From a virus (lineage: Duplodnaviria > Caudoviricetes), in IMG/VR virus record IMGVR_UViG_3300009170_000007, positions 1-58,560 of that record: a stretch of DNA of 58,560 nt; one strand, 5' to 3'. Under the pieces are notes generated by a model that had not been told where the DNA came from, searched no databases, and worked only from the letters and a program-made list of their open reading frames with translations. How positions within the stretch are numbered: the first letter of the stretch is position 1; every line of letters begins with the position of its first letter. A program made the translations under genes and the position numbers. Shown piece after piece: positions 54,420 to 58,560 of this stretch.

Positions 54420-56501
54420 CTAACTACGCATTCCCAGCTTCCGGCGTACCCTCCGGAGCCAGCCAGCGTCGAATACAGCGATCTCTTCCTTACCCCCACC
54501 CGAGGTGCGCTTCACCCTACGTATAGCCCCAGGTAGCAAGAGGTCCTCCAGCTGTCGCTTGAAGTGGAGTCTCCGCTCACACCGAGCTCGACCACTCCAA
54601 GACACATATTCATCATACAACTTATTCACCCCCACATGGCCTTCCTCCCAATCAGAACCCCAATCCAGGAGGAACTGCGTCACACCAGCCACACCCTGCA
54701 CCATCTGGGATTCACGGCCATCTGTCCACGGGATCACCCCTGGCTTCCACCCCGACAGATCCATTCGGCGCAGGTCATACAACATCCGACCAAGTCCACC
54801 ACCCTCCACGCTCATTTGAGCCACCACCCTATCCCAGTAATCATGGTCTCCCACTCGACCACCCAATACCTTGGTGATGAAATACCGTCGATCACCCGCA
54901 TCCACCGGAACCACCCAGTCATGATTAGAGCAGACCCCCAACCCGATGCAATTGGCGATCGAGAATGAATCCCGACCTTTCATCTCGACCATCTTAGTCT
55001 TCTCCGTTATGAGCGTCTTCAGGACACCCTCACGAACCTTGTCTCCACCCCATGTCGCCTCATCCGCCAACACCAAACACTTGTTAGCCAGATGATAGTT
55101 GAACTTGCCAGCCAAGTGATCACCCTGGGTGACGGTCATGTAATGATCACCAAACAACTCGCCCAGCAGACGGAAGACCAAAGATTTCCCACACCCTGGC
55201 ACACCCACTAGCACTATGGCCGAACCTGGCACCTCCCATGGCCTCTGTACCCTATGCGCCATCCACCCCAATAGGTAATCCCGAAGGTCCTCTCTCTGGT
55301 GGCAGACATTGATCCAGAGATGTTCAAGAAACAGCTCCCACCCAACCCCAAAATCCCCTTCCTCTTCTTCAACTGCCCAGCCGCGCCACAGGTTGTACTC
55401 CCCACCCCCACTCTCAAGCCCAGGCTTAAACACCACACCACCAGGAAACTCACGACGATCAGGGTGACCCAGCCAGAACTTGTCAGCCGTCACTTCCCGC
55501 TCACCCGAAGTCACTCTTCTATTCGCCATAAGCAACGAAAAATCCGAGCGGGTCAGGAATGCCACTCCACCTCCACGCTGCTCCTGCAATACGCAGACTG
55601 AGCCGCCGTTCCTAATCACAGCATACTCGGCATTAAGCTGCTCTATCAGATCGCCAGCACCTAACTCAAGCCACTCGACCAAGGATTCGAAGCCCCGAAG
55701 TCCAAAGCCCGAACCCCCACTAACGCATAGCTCACGAAGCCGCTTCAGCCCAGGGACTCGACCTCCGCTCTCTAACTCTTCACGAAGCCTCTCACTCTTG
55801 AGACGCTTCTCACCTTCTTCATCCCCTGCCTCAATCAGTATCCCACGCAGGAACGAGTCTACATCCTCATCTTCCCAGCCACTGCGAACCATTGAACCCA
55901 CTAGGCAGACGGACATCTCATCTCTAGCCCCGCCATGCCAATCTCGTAACAACAGCGAAGCCGCAGCTAACCAGCGGACGGACCTCTCAAGGTTCTCAGG
56001 ATCTATCCCAGAGATCTCTTCCTCACCCATCCACTCTATAGGTTCGCCGGTGTCAGGGTGCACGCTACCAGGTCCCATCGTCTGTCCCGAAGCACGCAGC
56101 TCCAGCAACACCGACTTCTCATTCCGCTTGTCCCAACACATACGCTTACTGCTCTTCACTCCAGACCGGTAGATCATGTGAGTTACGGCACCGCCTCGAC
56201 CAAACCGAGCAGTAGTAGGCAGATAGTACTTGGCCAGAACGCGGGACTCCTCAGAGTCCAGATCTATATCAACGATGTCCCCGAATCCCCTACCTAACCG
56301 GATGCCGAAGTTGCTATCCCCACCCCCATGGCTCTCACTCCATTCCCAGATCTTCTCTTGGGCTTCTTCCTCAGTGATCTTCTGCCAAGCCCCATATCCT
56401 GGAGACTTCCCATGTAGTAGGGGTATAACACTTTTGATGCCTCGGTCATATAACTTCTGGACCTTAGGGTGAGTCTTATGTAGCCGGGTTACCGCACTCA
56501 T
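54420..56501 (-). CDS. Prim-pol primase fused to SF3 (D5-like) helicase
   Basis: NFGIRLG, DIDLD, H.IY, PGSVHP.TG..; GVPGCGKS Walker A, LADE Walker B, SNH, DRRY. Confidence 0.9.
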   Translation of the reverse strand: MSAVTRLHKTHPKVQKLYDRGIKSVIPLLHGKSPGYGAWQKITEEEAQEKIWEWSESHGGGDSNFGIRLGRGFGDIVDIDLDSEESRVLAKYYLPTTARFGRGGAVTHMIYRSGVKSSKRMCWDKRNEKSVLLELRASGQTMGPGSVHPDTGEPIEWMGEEEISGIDPENLERSVRWLAAASLLLRDWHGGARDEMSVCLVGSMVRSGWEDEDVDSFLRGILIEAGDEEGEKRLKSERLREELESGGRVPGLKRLRELCVSGGSGFGLRGFESLVEWLELGAGDLIEQLNAEYAVIRNGGSVCVLQEQRGGGVAFLTRSDFSLLMANRRVTSGEREVTADKFWLGHPDRREFPGGVVFKPGLESGGGEYNLWRGWAVEEEEGDFGVGWELFLEHLWINVCHQREDLRDYLLGWMAHRVQRPWEVPGSAIVLVGVPGCGKSLVFRLLGELFGDHYMTVTQGDHLAGKFNYHLANKCLVLADEATWGGDKVREGVLKTLITEKTKMVEMKGRDSFSIANCIGLGVCSNHDWVVPVDAGDRRYFITKVLGGRVGDHDYWDRVVAQMSVEGGGLGRMLYDLRRMDLSGWKPGVIPWTDGRESQMVQGVAGVTQFLLDWGSDWEEGHVGVNKLYDEYVSWSGRARCERRLHFKRQLEDLLLPGAIRRVKRTSGGGKEEIAVFDAGWLRRVRRKLGMRS

Positions 56502-56665
56502 GCTGCCTCCCTCTCAGCCAACTTCTCAGAGAGCTTCTTTACATCCTTGTCAAATAGCACCCAGCCGAACCCTACCTTCTGACCCAGTCCCTCGCGACGC
56601 ACCCACTTATATAGCCGCTTCTCAGGGATGCCCAGTCGCTTACTCACTTCGCCAATAGAATACAT
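56498..56665 (-). CDS. MerR/excisionase-like HTH protein (55 aa, not in ORF track)
   Basis: My translation MYSIGEVSKRLGIPEKRLYKWVRREGLGQKVGFGWVLFDKDVKKLSEKLAEREAA; AGGAGG RBS; ATGA overlap with primase. Confidence 0.8.
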   Translation of the reverse strand: MYSIGEVSKRLGIPEKRLYKWVRREGLGQKVGFGWVLFDKDVKKLSEKLAEREAA

Positions 56666-56770
56666 TTTTCCTCCTAGAAAGTTTACTGCTAGATACCACT
56701 CGGGTTATAATACCACTTTACCCCCGAGCTAGAAACATTCGCTCCCACTAAAATTTTCCCAGGTAACCCC

Positions 56771-57262
56771 ATGATCATAGTTGAAGGTCCAGACAATACC
56801 GGAAAGACCACACTTATCCAACAGCTGCAGGATATTTTTCATCTGCCATCACTTAGGGCGGGCTTCCATCCACAGAACCCTAAAGACATCCATCAATATC
56901 ACTACTGGGCGGTCACCTCCCCACGTCAGTTGATTTTAGACCGACACCCCGCCGTCTCGGACTTCATCTATACACCCATCCTGAGACCCACCGAACCTGA
57001 GCTCTCCTCATTAGACCTCATCATTCGGATGTTGGACCGTCACTACACTATTTTCGCCCTCCCTCCATTCAACCAGGTTGAAAAGAGTTATGACGAACGA
57101 CCTCAACTTAAGGGGACGAAAGAAAACCTCCGACGCATTTATCAAGCCTATGAGAAACTGTTGAATGACTTTGAACCCAACTTCCTGTATGACTATACCA
57201 AACCCAATGCCTTTACGGCTCTCACCACCCACCTAACCCACTACCTGGCGCGCTCATCATGA
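56771..57262 (+). CDS. Nucleoside monophosphate kinase (thymidylate-kinase-like)
   Basis: IIVEGPDNTGKTT P-loop, ILDRHP..SD..Y, YDYT. Confidence 0.85.
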   Translation: MIIVEGPDNTGKTTLIQQLQDIFHLPSLRAGFHPQNPKDIHQYHYWAVTSPRQLILDRHPAVSDFIYTPILRPTEPELSSLDLIIRMLDRHYTIFALPPFNQVEKSYDERPQLKGTKENLRRIYQAYEKLLNDFEPNFLYDYTKPNAFTALTTHLTHYLARSS

Positions 57263-57813
57263 TCCAAGAAACCCTTCCCCGAATCTTCGAATTTCAGTCT
57301 CAGCTCATCGAGACACTCCGTCCCATCGAAATTGAACTGGGATATACCCCACCCCAAATTCCGTTAGATTTCACTCTCAGAGCCCACCAGGACTGGTTCC
57401 GGCTCATGTCATGGTACCTGACGGAAGAGATCATCGAGGCGAAAAGTGCTAACCACACCCTGCTTCCCGAGGAAATGGCTGATGCCCTTCACTTCGCAGT
57501 GGAACTGTGTATCCTCGCCGACATCCCACCTCATCAGGTGTTAGAACGTCTGGCCCTGGAGCAATTCGAGCCTTACTCCACCCCGCAAACCCTGGACGAC
57601 GTCATCTTCCATCTGGGACTAGCTAACAACCTGCTCAAGGCTAAGCACTGGAAGAAAAACCCCAAGCCCACACCACTGAGCAACTTCCGGTATCATCTGG
57701 CTTCTTCCTTGATCTCTTTACTTCAGTGCTTCTTCCAGGCTCAGATTGACCCCGCCGAAGAGTACTTCAAGAAGCATCAAATAAATAATGACAGAGCCCA
57801 ATCCGGGTACTAA
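57259..57813 (+). CDS. All-alpha dNTP pyrophosphatase (dimeric dUTPase/dCTPase-like)
   Basis: TEEIIEA...EEMADALHF, K.KHWK, EYFKKHQIN..RA.SGY. Confidence 0.8.
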   Translation: MIQETLPRIFEFQSQLIETLRPIEIELGYTPPQIPLDFTLRAHQDWFRLMSWYLTEEIIEAKSANHTLLPEEMADALHFAVELCILADIPPHQVLERLALEQFEPYSTPQTLDDVIFHLGLANNLLKAKHWKKNPKPTPLSNFRYHLASSLISLLQCFFQAQIDPAEEYFKKHQINNDRAQSGY

Positions 57814-57859
57814 TCCCTTATAATGGGTATGTCACTAACCAAAACCGGAGTCCGATATC

Positions 57860-58096
57860 ATGCCCTGCATCCAGTACCTCACCGCCAAAGTTAAGCATCA
57901 CGACCAAGAGTTCAATGCGGTTATCTCCGAACACTCCAGCAACACCTTCATCTTCGGATTCAGTCAACTCCCGGTCACCACTTCGACTCACATGAGCTTC
58001 GCTTCCCTGAAGGCGATCGCCGACATGTTGAACCTCGCCGTCGCTGTTCACGAGCAGCGCATCGCCGCCGACATGGAGCATCAAGACAATGACTAA
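57860..58096 (+). CDS. Hypothetical protein
   Basis: GGAG RBS downstream of the 57817 promoter element. Confidence 0.65.
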   Translation: MPCIQYLTAKVKHHDQEFNAVISEHSSNTFIFGFSQLPVTTSTHMSFASLKAIADMLNLAVAVHEQRIAADMEHQDND

Positions 58097-58268
58097 TCGT
58101 CAATTCGCAGCGGCACACGACCGCTACCTCGAGCCGGAAGATGACCGGCAGGACGACTCCCCCGAGGACGACGAAATGGACCTCGCCGACATAGCGCGCC
58201 AGAAGCGCTTGGACCGTGAGGATTGGGAAGCGGAAACGCTTCGGCAGAAACAGGAGTGCGACGAATGA
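58089..58268 (+). CDS. Small acidic protein (59 aa, not in ORF track)
   Basis: MTNRQFAAAHDRYLEPEDDRQDDSPEDDE...; GGAG RBS; ATGA overlap downstream. Confidence 0.6.
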   Translation: MTNRQFAAAHDRYLEPEDDRQDDSPEDDEMDLADIARQKRLDREDWEAETLRQKQECDE

Positions 58269-58560
58269 ACAACGAATGGCAAGACCTGCCCACTGTGCAG
58301 GACGTGGCCCGCGCCCAATACGAAGGGTGGGAGATTCAGTACCGAGTAAAAGGCACTGAGTTTGGTTGGTGGCCAGGGAATAATTGGTATCGTGACTATA
58401 TATTCCGTGGTCGTCCCGCGCAGTCGAAGAAGGTCACAGTCACCAGCGAGTGCTGGCGGCACCCTGAGCACGGAGGACTGTTTTGGCGGTCTCACGGAAA
58501 TACAACTTGCAAGCCGGAGGCATATGTACGCTTCCCCGCCGGAGACATTACAGGATATGT
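58265..58560 (+). CDS. Trp-rich hypothetical protein running off the window end, paralog of 305..616
   Basis: MNNEWQDLP...WEIQY...RGRPAQSK...ECWRHPE...RFPAGDITG; AGGAG RBS. Confidence 0.75.
   Translation, partial: MNNEWQDLPTVQDVARAQYEGWEIQYRVKGTEFGWWPGNNWYRDYIFRGRPAQSKKVTVTSECWRHPEHGGLFWRSHGNTTCKPEAYVRFPAGDITGY

Noticed and set aside
54112-54423. 103-aa ORF with EKLSP repeats
   Set aside because: The peptide repeat is just the translation of the 21-bp DNA repeats; no RBS; region better explained as an origin
55480-56172. 230-aa Ser/Pro-rich plus-strand ORF
   Set aside because: Antisense to the primase-helicase; composition reflects the C-rich strand skew
56498-56665. Excisionase implying a temperate lifestyle
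   Set aside because: No integrase, CI-like repressor or att-like context seen

Overview
The window is most or all of a ~58.5 kb, apparently lytic, podovirus-like dsDNA phage of a Gram-negative (probably proteobacterial) host. I found no integrase, tRNA or CRISPR array. Paralogous genes at the two window ends suggest the ends are neighbours in the genome. Layout: (i) 56.8 kb through the window end and 1-14.35 kb (+) is nucleotide metabolism and replication: NMP kinase, all-alpha dNTP pyrophosphatase, two thymidylate-synthase-fold proteins, DHH phosphoesterase, dCMP-deaminase family, UDG-fused family A DNA polymerase, ATP ligase, Sak4/SSB/exonuclease, SNF2-like helicase. (ii) 14.4-51.25 kb (-) is morphogenesis: terminase, portal, scaffold, GroES-like co-chaperonin, capsid, lysis, short tail and ejection proteins. 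(iii) 51.8-53.7 kb (+) is early genes. (iv) A candidate origin lies near 54.2 kb beside a primase-helicase. Best leads: (1) A genome-wide modified-cytosine pathway, since both TS-fold proteins carry the dCMP-specifying Asp and the polymerase carries a catalytically eroded UDG domain. (2) A complete type III hammerhead ribozyme at 52292-52345 whose stem III hides the RBS of the next gene. (3) A six-gene cassette between terminase and portal that encodes stand-alone 'polyvalent protein' effector domains (ADP-ribosyltransferase, metallopeptidase, PcfJ-like, ParB-like); four share a C-terminal GGL[VIA] tag also found in other virion-region proteins, suggesting a capsid-loaded, injected anti-host payload system. 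(4) An unexplained three-way-junction/pseudoknot RNA upstream of the GroES gene. All family assignments come from motif recognition by eye; no searches were run.
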